DNA from: Escherichia phage F13 | Reading direction: 5' to 3' (one strand) | Length of the DNA stretch: 64,000 bases | Sequence record: OP745617 | Shown: positions 16,103 to 26,212 of the stretch, one piece after another | Position numbering within the stretch: the stretch's first letter is position 1 | Layout: every line of letters begins with the position of its first letter | The notes under the pieces: generated by a model | The model's input: only the letters and a program-made list of their open reading frames with translations | Told to the model about the DNA's origin: nothing | Databases searched by the model: none | Program-made: the position numbers and the translations under genes

Positions 16103-16954
16103 ATGGCTTTTAAAGCTTCGAAAAAACGTGAACGCCGCTCACCCGATAGAATCGGGCGCGGCAGTCCGATAATCCCATCCAACGCAATCGCGATGGCCTA
16201 TCGTCGTGAGATGAAAGGTCTTTGCTATGCGATGATTGACGACTATCAAGAAGGAATTGCTGAGTGGCTTGAAAAGAAGCAGGTGAAAAAATTCTTTGCG
16301 CAAGACTCTGCTGATTCAACTTTTCAAACCTTGATGAAGCGACTGCAACTGAAATGGGCAAAAGCTTTCGCCCGTGTCGGGTCAAAGATTGCCGCAGATT
16401 TCATCAAGTCAGTTGAAAAGGGTGCCACTTCTGCTACATTTGCAAGTCTTAAATCTGCAGGAATAGAAGCGCCAAAAGCCACATATAATAAATTCGTTGA
16501 GAACACTCTTAAAACAAGCGAGACGTTCAACACGACTTTAGTGACTAAGGTTGGCGAGGATATTCACAACAGGGTGTACGAAGCGGTGATGCTTTCGCTG
16601 ACTTCGCCAGACCCAGCGCAACAAGGCACGTCCGGTATTCAGGCGGCATTAAGGAATGTAAAACACTTCTCTGCAAAGCGCGTAGACCTTATTGCAAAAG
16701 ACCAAACGAGCAAACTTTATTGCGTATTAAGTGATGAAAGGATGCGACAGAATGGAGTCGAGGAATTTGAGTGGGCGCATTCAGGAGCAGGCAAAGAGCC
16801 GCGAATATCGCATGAGCATGTCGATGGAATGAGATTCAAGCTTGATGACAAACGCTTATGGGAAGTAGGTGGAGAACTTAAGTTCAAAAAGGGTGACATC
16901 GGTCCTCCTGGATGGGCGATACACTGCAAGTGCAGGAAAATACCAATTATCTGA
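16103..16954 (+). CDS. head morphogenesis protein (MuF/SPP1 gp7-like)
   Basis: ATG 16103 with AAGG RBS right after the portal stop; conserved position; weak motif recognition. Confidence 0.45.
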   Translation: MAFKASKKRERRSPDRIGRGSPIIPSNAIAMAYRREMKGLCYAMIDDYQEGIAEWLEKKQVKKFFAQDSADSTFQTLMKRLQLKWAKAFARVGSKIAADFIKSVEKGATSATFASLKSAGIEAPKATYNKFVENTLKTSETFNTTLVTKVGEDIHNRVYEAVMLSLTSPDPAQQGTSGIQAALRNVKHFSAKRVDLIAKDQTSKLYCVLSDERMRQNGVEEFEWAHSGAGKEPRISHEHVDGMRFKLDDKRLWEVGGELKFKKGDIGPPGWAIHCKCRKIPII

Positions 16955-16961
16955 GGTCATT

Positions 16962-17882
16962 ATGACGATACCAATCAACACATTCCCTCTATCTGGACAA
17001 ACTCCAGTCTTGCCTGCGGTGTATGCTAATGGCTTGGCAATTGTCTCAGAATTCACTTCTGATAAAAACTTGATTGTTCCACTGAGCCCGCCGCTTTCAT
17101 CAGGGTATAACTCAGTAGGCCAGTTCTTTATGATTGGCAATGATGGCGATTCGACCAGCAAGCCTAATCTGACATTGTCTGTACCTAAGATGAACATCAC
17201 CGACGTTCAAACTGGCTTGACTGCATCAACAATCACCATTGCTTTTGGAGAAGCAGTGATTATAGGAATGGAGTCTGGAGGGTCCAAGAATGCTGTCGCC
17301 GTTAAGGTAGTCAAATCCAGCGACAACCAATACACTTTACCAGCTGCGACGGCTTCCGTTCTCGGCGGCGTCAAAATAGGAAGCGGAATAAGCGTCGCAG
17401 GTGACGGTACAATTAGCGTAACTCAATACTCATTGCCGATTGCGTCAGCATCTACTTTAGGCGGCGTAAAGGTCGGTACAACTCTATCAATTGATGGTTC
17501 CGGTGTGCTTAACGCAGCAGCAAGCACCGTCCAGAATGCCACGAACAGTGTTAGCAATCCTCCAACCACTTTGGTTAATCTGGCAACCTTAAACCTTCCT
17601 GCAGGAAAGTGGCTTGTGACGGCAAGCCAATTGACCGTTGCAACTGCAGGCATTCAAGCGAATACCGGAATCACTGTAAAATTATCAACAAGCAATTCAG
17701 ATATTACGGATGATGCATTTACCATGTCAGCGGGTATTCGGGCTTCAGGACGTTTTGGCGGTAACGTCCCAACAAAAATGATTACTCTTGCCGCGCCTGG
17801 TAATGTGTATCTAAACTATCAGTGCACCGATGCGTTAACATCTACCGTTTACGGACAGATCACCGCAATTAAGCTGAACTAA
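16962..17882 (+). CDS. structural protein with tandem repeats (fibre- or decoration-like)
   Basis: GAGGT RBS; repeated blocks LPAATASVLGGVKIGSGISVAGDGTISV / LPIASASTLGGVKVGTTLSIDGSGVL. Confidence 0.5.
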   Translation: MTIPINTFPLSGQTPVLPAVYANGLAIVSEFTSDKNLIVPLSPPLSSGYNSVGQFFMIGNDGDSTSKPNLTLSVPKMNITDVQTGLTASTITIAFGEAVIIGMESGGSKNAVAVKVVKSSDNQYTLPAATASVLGGVKIGSGISVAGDGTISVTQYSLPIASASTLGGVKVGTTLSIDGSGVLNAAASTVQNATNSVSNPPTTLVNLATLNLPAGKWLVTASQLTVATAGIQANTGITVKLSTSNSDITDDAFTMSAGIRASGRFGGNVPTKMITLAAPGNVYLNYQCTDALTSTVYGQITAIKLN

Positions 17883-17892
17883 AGAGGAAGTT

Positions 17893-18030
17893 ATGCAAAA
17901 GATTATTCAGTCACGTTATGTTAAAGTGCGAAATATTAATTGCAACTCTTTGCTTTCTTGGAAATGGGCTGTTTATGACTCGATGTTGATTGGCGTTTTA
18001 GTGGCAGGAGTGCTATTTAATATTCACTGA
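17893..18030 (+). CDS. small membrane protein (45 aa), below the ORF-track size cutoff
   Basis: Strong AGAGGAAG RBS 5 nt before ATG 17893; MQKIIQSRYVKVRNINCNSLLSWKWAVYDSMLIGVLVAGVLFNIH with one hydrophobic helix. Confidence 0.35.
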   Translation: MQKIIQSRYVKVRNINCNSLLSWKWAVYDSMLIGVLVAGVLFNIH

Positions 18031-18054
18031 ATTCATCGGCAAAGGATTGCCGCG

Positions 18055-18345
18055 AGTTTTATACGTATAATGACGTATCATCCGTATCAAGTAAGTTGTT
18101 GTTTTCAAAAGAATCTTACGGATGATACGGATGATACGCGTTGCCGCCGTACTATATAGGAATTCAAATAAATTAATTTAAAATTATATATCTAATTTAA
18201 TTTTATTTTTTTATAAACTCTTATATATATGAAAAGTATCCGTATCATCCGTATCATCCGTAGCACACCAGTGATAGCGCGGCTTATACACCGATACGGA
18301 TAAAAATACGCCTCATTTTATCCGTATCATCCGTATCACACTAAT
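18055..18345. repeat. Composite element B: AT-rich core (about 18153-18236) flanked by inverted repeats TACGGATGATACGGATGATACG (18117-18139) and CGTATCATCCGTATCATCCGTA (18241-18262), extra copies at 18072-18091 and 18316-18340
   Basis: Read directly; homologous to element A. Confidence 0.8.
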
Positions 18346-18395
18346 AAAGGCGCGGCTATATCGGTTGTTATACATATTCAAACCATAATTATTGT

Positions 18396-18424
18396 TTGCC
18401 TAAGTTTTTTTCATTAGATATAAT
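18396..18424 (+). promoter_or_regulatory. sigma70-like promoter TTGCCT-N17-TATAAT upstream of the scaffold/capsid genes
   Basis: Located between element B and ATG 18454. Confidence 0.4.
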
Positions 18425-18453
18425 ACACAATACTTATTTGAGGGTGGATGCGA

Positions 18454-19869
18454 ATGCAAACGGCACGCGAAATTGACAAAAATGGATTCTTGACGATTAT
18501 GGGTTGTCCGATTTCGTCATTTGGCATTTTTGATTATTCTGCTGGTCAAGTTGGTCTTGATGGTGATCCGAATCGCATCGTAAAAGTCTATCGCCCTGAG
18601 TCAGCGGTGAAAGACCCCGAAGCGATAGATTCATTCAAAAATATCCCTTTCATCGACAATCACGAAATGCTTTCTGGATTTGAAGGTGATGAGGATAACA
18701 CAGCACCCGAAGAGTATGGCGTTGATGGCGTTCTGACTGGCAATGTTTATTATGACAAGCCATGGATGCGCGGCGACCTTAAAGTGTTTAGCCGTCGTCT
18801 GAAGAAGGCCATTGATTCTGGAAAGGTTGACTTGTCTTTGGGCTATGACTGTGAATTCATCATACAGTCTGGAGAGTTTGACGGGCAGCCGTATGAAGTG
18901 GTGCAGACAACTCTTCGCGGCAACCACATTGCTCTCGTGGACGTTGGTCGAGTACCAGGTGCACGGGTGCTGGATGGTCGTTGCTTTGACCATCTTTGTT
19001 TGACGACTGTAACACCATCCAACGAGGATTTAGACATGCCAAAACCGTTAAAAGGTAAAGCGCGTGATAATGCTGTTGAACAGCTGAAATCACTGATCCC
19101 TGCGCTCGAACAATTTCTGAACGAAGAGAGTACTGAAGCTGCTCATCAGGACGAAGTTGAAGTGAAAGCAGAAGAGAAGGACTCAACCGAAAATCGTGAA
19201 GAAGTAATGGTTGATCCAGAAGTCAAGGCAGAAGCAGAAGAAACCCCAGAAGGTGAAGAGAAGTTTGAAGTTGAAACTGAATCTCACGCTGGCGGCGAAC
19301 TTCCGCAATTGATCAGCCAAATCGAAGCACTTATTGCAAAACTGAAAGGTGGCGCGGTAGGTGATGAAGAAGAAGTTGAAGCCGAAGTCAAAGACGAAGA
19401 AGAAGTTGAAGTCAAGGCTGAAGATGTATCACCTTGCGACAAAGCTGAAGATGTGGTTAGCGGCCTGCAAAACAGCAACGTAAAGGGGGCTTCGGTCGAA
19501 AAAGATGACAAACCGACAAAAGCGGCGAAAGCGTCGCCAGGTCCAGCAAAAGGGGAACACTCAATGGCATCTGATTCAGCAGTTGCTGCTTTCTACGCTG
19601 ATTCTGCTCGTAAGAATAGCCTCTACCAGCGCCTGTCTAAAGTTGTTGGTGCCTTTGATCATGCAACTATGGACTCCAAGTCCGTAGCGAAATATGGCGC
19701 TAAAAAGTTAGGCTTGAAGTGCGTTGATGGTGCTGAGTTTGACGTGGTGGATAATTATCTGCGCGGCGTTGAGCACGGTCAGAAACAGCGTGTAGTCGCA
19801 AAACAAAAGGCCGCTGCGGATTCTGCAGCAACTGACGAAGCATTTGAAGCTTGGTTGAAAGGGGAATAA
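18454..19869 (+). CDS. putative scaffolding/prohead-processing protein with acidic central region
   Basis: GGGTGG RBS then ATG 18454; long Glu/Val/Ala-rich acidic stretch typical of scaffolds; position before capsid genes. Confidence 0.45.
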   Translation: MQTAREIDKNGFLTIMGCPISSFGIFDYSAGQVGLDGDPNRIVKVYRPESAVKDPEAIDSFKNIPFIDNHEMLSGFEGDEDNTAPEEYGVDGVLTGNVYYDKPWMRGDLKVFSRRLKKAIDSGKVDLSLGYDCEFIIQSGEFDGQPYEVVQTTLRGNHIALVDVGRVPGARVLDGRCFDHLCLTTVTPSNEDLDMPKPLKGKARDNAVEQLKSLIPALEQFLNEESTEAAHQDEVEVKAEEKDSTENREEVMVDPEVKAEAEETPEGEEKFEVETESHAGGELPQLISQIEALIAKLKGGAVGDEEEVEAEVKDEEEVEVKAEDVSPCDKAEDVVSGLQNSNVKGASVEKDDKPTKAAKASPGPAKGEHSMASDSAVAAFYADSARKNSLYQRLSKVVGAFDHATMDSKSVAKYGAKKLGLKCVDGAEFDVVDNYLRGVEHGQKQRVVAKQKAAADSAATDEAFEAWLKGE

Positions 19870-19871
19870 AC

Positions 19872-20489
19872 ATGACTTTCCAAACTAGTGTAGGCCGTCA
19901 ATATACAACTGGCTTTCCTGGCGACATCGTTCGCGACGGCCCACAGCGTGGGAAGCCAGGCCGAATCGTTAGCGCCAACGACGGTGCAAACGTAAACGCC
20001 ATCAGCCGTGTGTTTGGTTTTAAGGCTGACGTGTCATTAATGGGTACTGGCCAGACCAAAACCTTGGGCGCGCAGGACTTTGAAGTTGAACTGGGCGGCA
20101 CCAATTACTATGGCATCCTTGGCAACAGCAAGCGTTACGCTCTGTATGGCAACTCTACTGGTCCTTTGGGTGCCAGCATGGTTCTGCCTCAATATAGCGA
20201 AGGCGAGTTCTACGATATGTGCACGGGCCTCGTAGTTGAAGTGTTCAACCCAAGCACCAGTCCGCAGACGCTGAACTACGGCGACCTGCTCGCTTATGTA
20301 CCTAAAGGCATTTCCAGCGGTAACAACCCGAACAACTTGCCTATCGGTGCAATTATCGCCTATACTGGCTCACTGCCAACTGGCATGGTTGCCATTCCAG
20401 GCGGTATCGTGATTGACCCGACTGCTATTGCCCTTTCCGGCCCAAGCGTCCAGTCTTCCACTTATACCATTGTACAATTGACTCGTTAA
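19872..20489 (+). CDS. head protein (decoration or minor capsid), hypothetical
   Basis: AAGGGG RBS, ATG 19872; lies between the scaffold-like and major capsid-like genes. Confidence 0.45.
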   Translation: MTFQTSVGRQYTTGFPGDIVRDGPQRGKPGRIVSANDGANVNAISRVFGFKADVSLMGTGQTKTLGAQDFEVELGGTNYYGILGNSKRYALYGNSTGPLGASMVLPQYSEGEFYDMCTGLVVEVFNPSTSPQTLNYGDLLAYVPKGISSGNNPNNLPIGAIIAYTGSLPTGMVAIPGGIVIDPTAIALSGPSVQSSTYTIVQLTR

Positions 20490-20503
20490 TAGGCAGGTGA
20501 ATA

Positions 20504-21643
20504 ATGACTCGCATTAGCCAAACACACTCTCGCCTCCCAGCGAGCAAGGTGCGCCCTTTTGATATGCAATCTGTTACCGACGCGGCTGTTTCCCAGCTTG
20601 CTCGTATCGGTATTGTGTTTGATTCCGCGATTGTGCGTGATCAGATTGAGCACTTAAACCGTGCAGGCGCTTTCCGCGTAGGTGACGCCGCGTTCACTGC
20701 ACCGCAGACTACTCCGTCAATCCCGACCCCGCTGCAGTTCCTGCAGCAGTGGCTGCCTGGCTTCGTCAAAATCATGACCGCTGCTCGTAAAATCGACGAG
20801 CTGGTTGGTATTGATACCGTTGGTCAGTGGGAAGATGCAGAAATCGTTCAGGGTATCGTTGAACCAGCTGGCACCGCAGTTGAATATGGTGATTTCACCT
20901 CTATTCCTCTGGCAAGCTGGAACGTAAACTTTGAACGTCGTTCTATCGTTCGTGGCGAAATGGGCATGGCAGTTGGTATGCTGGAAGAAGGCCGCGCGTC
21001 TGCTATGCGTCTGAACTCCGCAGAAACCAAGCGCCAGCAGGCTGCTGTATCTCTGGAAATCATGCGTAACGCAATCGGCTTCTATGGCTGGTACAACGGG
21101 AACAACCGCACATTCGGCTTCCTGAATGATCCAAACCTGCCAGCGGCGATGACTTCCAACACCACTTCCGGCTGGGCTACTGCGACTTTCCAACAGGTAA
21201 CTGCAGACATCCGTTTGATGGTTCGTCAAATTCGTGTGAACTCTCAGGACCAGATTGATCCAGAGAAAGTTGACATGACTCTGGCGCTGCCGACTAACTC
21301 TATCGATTGGCTGTCCAACACCACTGACTTCGGTATTTCTGTACGTGACTGGATCACCCAGACCTATCCGAAGATGAAGATCAAATCTGCACCGGAACTC
21401 AACGGCGCACTTGGCAGTGACCCGACTTTCTTGAACGTGGCATACCTGTACGCTGATCACATCGATTCCTCAATCGATGGTTCAAGCGATGATGGTTCCG
21501 TATTCAGTCAGCTGGTTCAAACCAAGTTCATGACTCTGGGCGTTGAAAAGCGTGCTAAGAGCTACGTTGAAGACTACGCAAACGCAACAGCAGGCGTTCT
21601 GCTCAAGCGTCCGTTCGCAGTCGTCCGTATGACTGGCATTTAA
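20504..21643 (+). CDS. major capsid protein (candidate)
   Basis: 379 aa, conserved position after scaffold; followed by a hairpin typical of a highly expressed capsid gene; no diagnostic motif. Confidence 0.55.
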   Translation: MTRISQTHSRLPASKVRPFDMQSVTDAAVSQLARIGIVFDSAIVRDQIEHLNRAGAFRVGDAAFTAPQTTPSIPTPLQFLQQWLPGFVKIMTAARKIDELVGIDTVGQWEDAEIVQGIVEPAGTAVEYGDFTSIPLASWNVNFERRSIVRGEMGMAVGMLEEGRASAMRLNSAETKRQQAAVSLEIMRNAIGFYGWYNGNNRTFGFLNDPNLPAAMTSNTTSGWATATFQQVTADIRLMVRQIRVNSQDQIDPEKVDMTLALPTNSIDWLSNTTDFGISVRDWITQTYPKMKIKSAPELNGALGSDPTFLNVAYLYADHIDSSIDGSSDDGSVFSQLVQTKFMTLGVEKRAKSYVEDYANATAGVLLKRPFAVVRMTGI

Positions 21644-21668
21644 TTGCTGTGATTACACAGTAAAACAC

Positions 21669-21698
21669 ATGGGGCGTGGTCGAAAGGCTTCGCCCCAT
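21669..21698 (+). terminator. Hairpin ATGGGGCG-(14 nt)-CGCCCCAT after the capsid gene (candidate attenuator)
   Basis: Perfect 8-bp GC-rich stem 26 nt downstream of the stop; no T-run. Confidence 0.4.
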
Positions 21699-21758
21699 AT
21701 CAATAGACCTCAAGGGCTGTAGGGGCTTATCTGAGGCTTATATAAATAGGACTACAAA

Positions 21759-22223
21759 ATGTCAAAATACATCGTTTCAACTATGTCTATGTCAGTTAAC
21801 TACACTTTCTATACGGAAGTGAAAGAAAACCCGAATGCAAAAGCTGGTTCAGGCGCTCTTCCAAATATTCGCAAACAGATTCTAATCAAGGGCGGCGCTG
21901 GTCTTACTTCAGCAACTTCCGGCTTTGGTGAAATGGCAAAAGGCGCTGACGGTGCACCTTTGTGGACTCCTGAAGGAATCGTCACCGTTGTAAGCGATGC
22001 AGATTTTGAGCATCTGAAAGATCATCACGTGTTTAAGCAGCATCTTGAAAAAGGTTTGGTGAAAGTCGTAAATCACGACATTGTTGGCAATCACAAAGCC
22101 GTCGCTAAAGAAGTTCGCAGCATGTCAGACGACCCGTTTGCGCCTATGACGCGCGAAACTGCTGACAAGCGCATCAAGGTAAAATTGAGCGGCGACCAAG
22201 AAGATGATTTGTTCCGCGTTTAA
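21759..22223 (+). CDS. hypothetical head protein (154 aa)
   Basis: ORF in the head-completion region. Confidence 0.45.
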   Translation: MSKYIVSTMSMSVNYTFYTEVKENPNAKAGSGALPNIRKQILIKGGAGLTSATSGFGEMAKGADGAPLWTPEGIVTVVSDADFEHLKDHHVFKQHLEKGLVKVVNHDIVGNHKAVAKEVRSMSDDPFAPMTRETADKRIKVKLSGDQEDDLFRV

Positions 22224-22237
22224 ATAAGGTGAATGCC

Positions 22238-22693
22238 ATGTCATTAGATTACGAAAAGTTCAGAATTAAATTTCCACAGTTTGCTGATCAGGTTAAATTC
22301 CCTGACACAACACTTCAAGTATTCTATGACATGGCATGTGAATTTATTGAATCACAAGACAGTCCTTGTCGTGTTTTAAATGGCAGTAAATTGGAGCTGG
22401 CATTGGAATATATGACGGCTCATCTTTTATGCATAGCCGCAGACCAACAAGTGTCTGTGTCTTCTGGTGACGGAGTTGAACAAGGCGGCTTCGTGACTGG
22501 CGCAACAATTGGTGACATCACAGTGAACAAAGTCGCGCCGCCTGCGAGTGATGGCTGGGAATACTGGCTATCAAGCACTCCATATGGCATGGCGCTGTGG
22601 GCGCTTCTTCAAGCACTGGCCGTTGGCGGCTTGTCATTCGGCGGTCTTCCAGAGCGTGAAGGATTCCGTAAAATTGGTGGGGTATTCTGGTGA
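22238..22693 (+). CDS. head-tail connector/adaptor-like protein
   Basis: AAGGTG RBS, ATG 22238; YEKFRIKFPQFADQ N-terminus resembles head-tail adaptor families (memory-based). Confidence 0.4.
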   Translation: MSLDYEKFRIKFPQFADQVKFPDTTLQVFYDMACEFIESQDSPCRVLNGSKLELALEYMTAHLLCIAADQQVSVSSGDGVEQGGFVTGATIGDITVNKVAPPASDGWEYWLSSTPYGMALWALLQALAVGGLSFGGLPEREGFRKIGGVFW

Positions 22694-23076
22694 GGATTCC
22701 TGGCGTAAACTTATATCGAGTTGCGACAAAGGTTATCGGTCGCCAACCGATTCAATATTACATGTACAAGGGGCGCACCCTTGATAAGATGCGCAACTAT
22801 GTCACTACATATGAAGAACCAATCACCTTACTTGCTTCGGTGCAGGCTGTACTTCGAAACCAATACGTTGAGCTTGGTTTAGAGCTTCAAAAGAACTATG
22901 TCAAAATCTGGGTGGACAAAGACATTGTTGACCTTGACCGCGACGCTTCCGGCGACTATTTTGTGTTTGGTGGCAAAACATACAAGATGGAAGATGAAAC
23001 GACATGGTTTGACCAAGATGGTTGGACGTCTTGCCTTGCCGTGGAAGTAAAACAAAGCTTTCCAGTGTCTACTTGA
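22690..23076 (+). CDS. hypothetical head-tail joining protein (GTG start)
   Basis: GTGA overlap with upstream stop; conserved gene order. Confidence 0.4.
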   Translation: MRIPGVNLYRVATKVIGRQPIQYYMYKGRTLDKMRNYVTTYEEPITLLASVQAVLRNQYVELGLELQKNYVKIWVDKDIVDLDRDASGDYFVFGGKTYKMEDETTWFDQDGWTSCLAVEVKQSFPVST

Positions 23077-23083
23077 GGTGTAT

Positions 23084-23659
23084 ATGACAGATGTCGACCT
23101 GATTGACATGCTGGCAACGCGAATTGAAGAAGGTCTGGCGGCGTATAGTCGTGCAGACCTTTCTGCTGTTCCGGTCCAGAAAAAATACCAACCGACTCAA
23201 CAGGGCATTCCGACTGGTGATCAGATTTGGTTTAACCTTTTATTCTCAGTCCCATTCGGTTGGTCAATGAGAAAGAATGAATTTGTCAATGATGAATCTC
23301 AATTCGTTAATGGCAAATTTAAAGATATTGAAGATCAGATATACGCAACACGTTTTCAAATTAGCGGCTTATTTCCAGAAGTTCCTGGCAATCCAGAAAA
23401 GCCTACGGCTAATGACGTTTTGACTTATTTAGCAAGATTCATAACCCACAAGGCTAATTTGAGGGATTGGTTTAAAAGGCATCAAGCTTCAGTATATAGA
23501 GTCGACATGAACAACAATGAAAAGTTCTATGACGACATGTCTCAGTTTGAATCGTTTCCTTCTTTTGATTTGGTAATCCTTCACAGAAACGCAATTTCAA
23601 TTGACACGCCTGCTGTTGCAAGAGCTGTTAATAACGATTTAGGCGATATTCCGGTGTGA
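23084..23659 (+). CDS. hypothetical tail-completion protein
   Basis: GAGG RBS, ATG 23084. Confidence 0.45.
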   Translation: MTDVDLIDMLATRIEEGLAAYSRADLSAVPVQKKYQPTQQGIPTGDQIWFNLLFSVPFGWSMRKNEFVNDESQFVNGKFKDIEDQIYATRFQISGLFPEVPGNPEKPTANDVLTYLARFITHKANLRDWFKRHQASVYRVDMNNNEKFYDDMSQFESFPSFDLVILHRNAISIDTPAVARAVNNDLGDIPV

Positions 23660-23660
23660 T

Positions 23661-24146
23661 ATGACAAAATCAAAAATGATAGAAAAACAGATAAAGGCGC
23701 TTCAATCGATGAAGGGTCTTACTGTTGAAGCAGGATGGTTTGATTCTACCAGATACCCTTCAGAAACTGGTGGGGAAGGCATGTTGGTGTCAGAAGTCGC
23801 GCGACTGAATGAATTTGGTCACATAGCCGTTTTGAACTTTGGGCAAGGGCCAGTCAGGGTAGAAGTGCCACCCAGACCATTCATGAGATATGCCTATGAA
23901 TTATTCGTTAGTGAGCGCAGTGAAATAGAGAATAAAATTGCTAAAAAGATTTTTTCCGGTAAAATAGACGCTAGACAGGCATTAGGTCAGATTGGGCTTG
24001 CGATGGAAGCAAAGATTGTCGAATCAATTAAAAACGGACCTTGGCAAAGAAACGCCAGATATACCGTGCGTGTGAAAGGATTCGACAAACCTTTAATTCA
24101 CAGCAGCCTTATGTGGCAATCTGTCAACAGCCAAGTCATTAAATAA
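23661..24146 (+). CDS. hypothetical protein (161 aa)
   Basis: Begins 2 nt after the previous stop. Confidence 0.45.
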   Translation: MTKSKMIEKQIKALQSMKGLTVEAGWFDSTRYPSETGGEGMLVSEVARLNEFGHIAVLNFGQGPVRVEVPPRPFMRYAYELFVSERSEIENKIAKKIFSGKIDARQALGQIGLAMEAKIVESIKNGPWQRNARYTVRVKGFDKPLIHSSLMWQSVNSQVIK

Positions 24147-24158
24147 GAGGACACCGAC

Positions 24159-25697
24159 GTGATCAGTCAATCTCGTTATATTAAAATTGTATCAGGGGTC
24201 GGAGCAGGCGCGGCTGTTGCAGTTCGCAAACTGTCGCTTCGCATCATGACTTCCAATACAGTTCTGCCGCCAGGCATTGTAGCAGAATTTTCAACTGCTG
24301 ATGCCGTTGGATCATATTTCGGTTTTTCTTCCGAAGAATACAAGCGTGCAGCACTGTATTTCGGATTCATCAGCAAGCAAATCAACTCGCCTGATTCAAT
24401 CAGCTTTTCTCGCGTTGTATCCACGGCGATTCCTGCAATGGTTATCGGCGACACTGAGCCTAAAACGCTTGCTACTTTCCAGGCATTCACTGGCGCTATC
24501 TTAAGCATCACTTATGACGGCACAGACTACCTGACTGACGCCATCAACCTTTCAGCGGCAACAAGTCTTGCCAACGTAGCGGAACTTTTGGAAACGGCAA
24601 TCAACACCAAGTTTGCAGCAGAAGGTGGCACGTCGGTGCCTGCACTTGCTGATGCAGAAGTGTATTGGAATGCCAACACCCAGCAGTTCACTTTGGAAGC
24701 CGCTCCGTCGACCGCTGGTGCTGGAAACCTTTCGATTAACGTCACAGGTCAACCGACAGACCCATCTCAGGCGCTTGGTTGGACGACTACTGGCACCGTT
24801 ACGGTTGCTGGACAGGGTGTAGCAAGTCCGGTAGAAGCCATCGCGGCATCTGTGGAGATTTCCAACAACTTTGGCTCATTCCTTTTCGCTGGAGCAGACC
24901 GAACGCTGGAAGAAATCACAGCCGTTGCAGCTTGGACTCACTCGCAGAACAACATGTACATGTATCTGTTCTCGACTGCATTCGCCAACATCGGCTCATA
25001 CTATACCGCGTTGAAAGGTTACTCAGGCGTTGGTATGATGATCCGTGCAACTAACCTCGCGAATGATTACATCGACCAGGCGCCTGCTGAAATTCTTGCG
25101 GCGACAAACTATAACACTGTAAATGCAACTCAAAACTACATGTATTATCAGTTTGAAACGCGAAATGTAACCGTATCGACTGATTCACGCGCAGATACTG
25201 CTGATCAAAACCGTGCAAACTATATCGGTGCGACTCAGCAAGCTGGTCAAACTCTCGCGTTCTTCCAGCGTGGTGTTCTGATGGGCGGGTCTACCGCAGC
25301 AGTTGACATGAACACTTATGCCAACGAGATGTGGCTTAAATCTGCTATCACTTCTCAGCTGTTCAGCATGTTCTTGAATCTTGGTCGCGTGCCTGCAAAC
25401 GAAGAAGGCAAAGCGACTGTCCAAGCCATGATTCAAGTTGCTGTTGACAATGCGAAGGTTAACGGCACCATCTCTGTCGGTAAGGCGCTGACGGAAATTC
25501 AGAAACAGTACATCACGCAAACCTCCGGTGACAACACTGCTTGGCGGCAGGTTGAGACTATCGGTTATTGGTTGACTGTCGATTTTGACACTGAAACCAC
25601 TTCCGATAACCGCACCGAATACTATGCAACATACACGCTAATCTACTCTAAAGATGATGCTGTGCGTCGCGTTGAAGGTCGTGACGTTCTTATTTAA
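24159..25697 (+). CDS. tail sheath-like protein (candidate)
   Basis: 512 aa, AAGAGGA RBS with GTG start; directly precedes the tube-like gene; call is from order and size. Confidence 0.5.
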   Translation: MISQSRYIKIVSGVGAGAAVAVRKLSLRIMTSNTVLPPGIVAEFSTADAVGSYFGFSSEEYKRAALYFGFISKQINSPDSISFSRVVSTAIPAMVIGDTEPKTLATFQAFTGAILSITYDGTDYLTDAINLSAATSLANVAELLETAINTKFAAEGGTSVPALADAEVYWNANTQQFTLEAAPSTAGAGNLSINVTGQPTDPSQALGWTTTGTVTVAGQGVASPVEAIAASVEISNNFGSFLFAGADRTLEEITAVAAWTHSQNNMYMYLFSTAFANIGSYYTALKGYSGVGMMIRATNLANDYIDQAPAEILAATNYNTVNATQNYMYYQFETRNVTVSTDSRADTADQNRANYIGATQQAGQTLAFFQRGVLMGGSTAAVDMNTYANEMWLKSAITSQLFSMFLNLGRVPANEEGKATVQAMIQVAVDNAKVNGTISVGKALTEIQKQYITQTSGDNTAWRQVETIGYWLTVDFDTETTSDNRTEYYATYTLIYSKDDAVRRVEGRDVLI

Positions 25698-25704
25698 ATA
25701 ATTG

Positions 25705-25721
25705 CCGCCGTAAATGGCGGC
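25705..25721 (+). other. Short hairpin GCCGCC-taaat-GGCGGC between sheath-like and tube-like genes
   Basis: 6-bp GC stem just after the sheath stop. Confidence 0.3.
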
Positions 25722-25744
25722 CATCTCTCTGAGAGGAATCTGTA

Positions 25745-26212
25745 ATGATTAACGTTTCCGGTTTTGGCGCTTCGATTCGTTTGGTAGCATCAAACACTTT
25801 TCCGAATGGTGTGACTCTTTCTGATTTTGCAGATGATGCTGATCCGATTGACGCGCCGGACCTGCAAATCTCTGAGGCTGCAATGGGCCTTAACGGTGAC
25901 TTAGTAGTATGGAACCGTGCAAACCCGCTTGAAGTAGGTGTGAACATCATCCCTACTTCTGAAAGTGATGTCAACTTGGACGTTCTTGCAGCTGCAAACC
26001 GCGTAGGCAAGCGTAAGAACTCTGCAAAAGACGTGATCACACTTGTGCTGACTTATCCTTCTGGAATGGTTATCACGCTAAACAAAGGCACCTTGACAAC
26101 TGGTTCAGTAATTCCTGGCATCCAGTCTCAAGGTCGTGTGAAAACACGTCAATATCGCTTCAAGTTTGAGAACGTAGTCAAAACTGGCGTGAGCAACCAA
26201 GAGATTTTATAA
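25745..26212 (+). CDS. tail tube-like protein, paralog 1
   Basis: GAGAGGAA RBS; MINVSGFGASIRLVASNTFPNG… paralogous to the 27163-27660 product. Confidence 0.5.
   Translation: MINVSGFGASIRLVASNTFPNGVTLSDFADDADPIDAPDLQISEAAMGLNGDLVVWNRANPLEVGVNIIPTSESDVNLDVLAAANRVGKRKNSAKDVITLVLTYPSGMVITLNKGTLTTGSVIPGIQSQGRVKTRQYRFKFENVVKTGVSNQEIL

Noticed and set aside
1540-18345. CRISPR array interpretation of the GGATGATACGG repeats
   Set aside because: Repeats are short, irregularly spaced, in both orientations, and arranged as inverted pairs around an AT-rich core; there are no uniform spacers
20717-21460. 247-aa minus-strand ORF inside the capsid gene, and similar antisense or alternate-frame ORFs inside tail fibre, tape measure, DnaE, portal and sheath-like genes
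   Set aside because: Fully embedded in stronger sense-strand genes with RBS and coupling; Arg/Cys/His-rich products typical of out-of-frame translation
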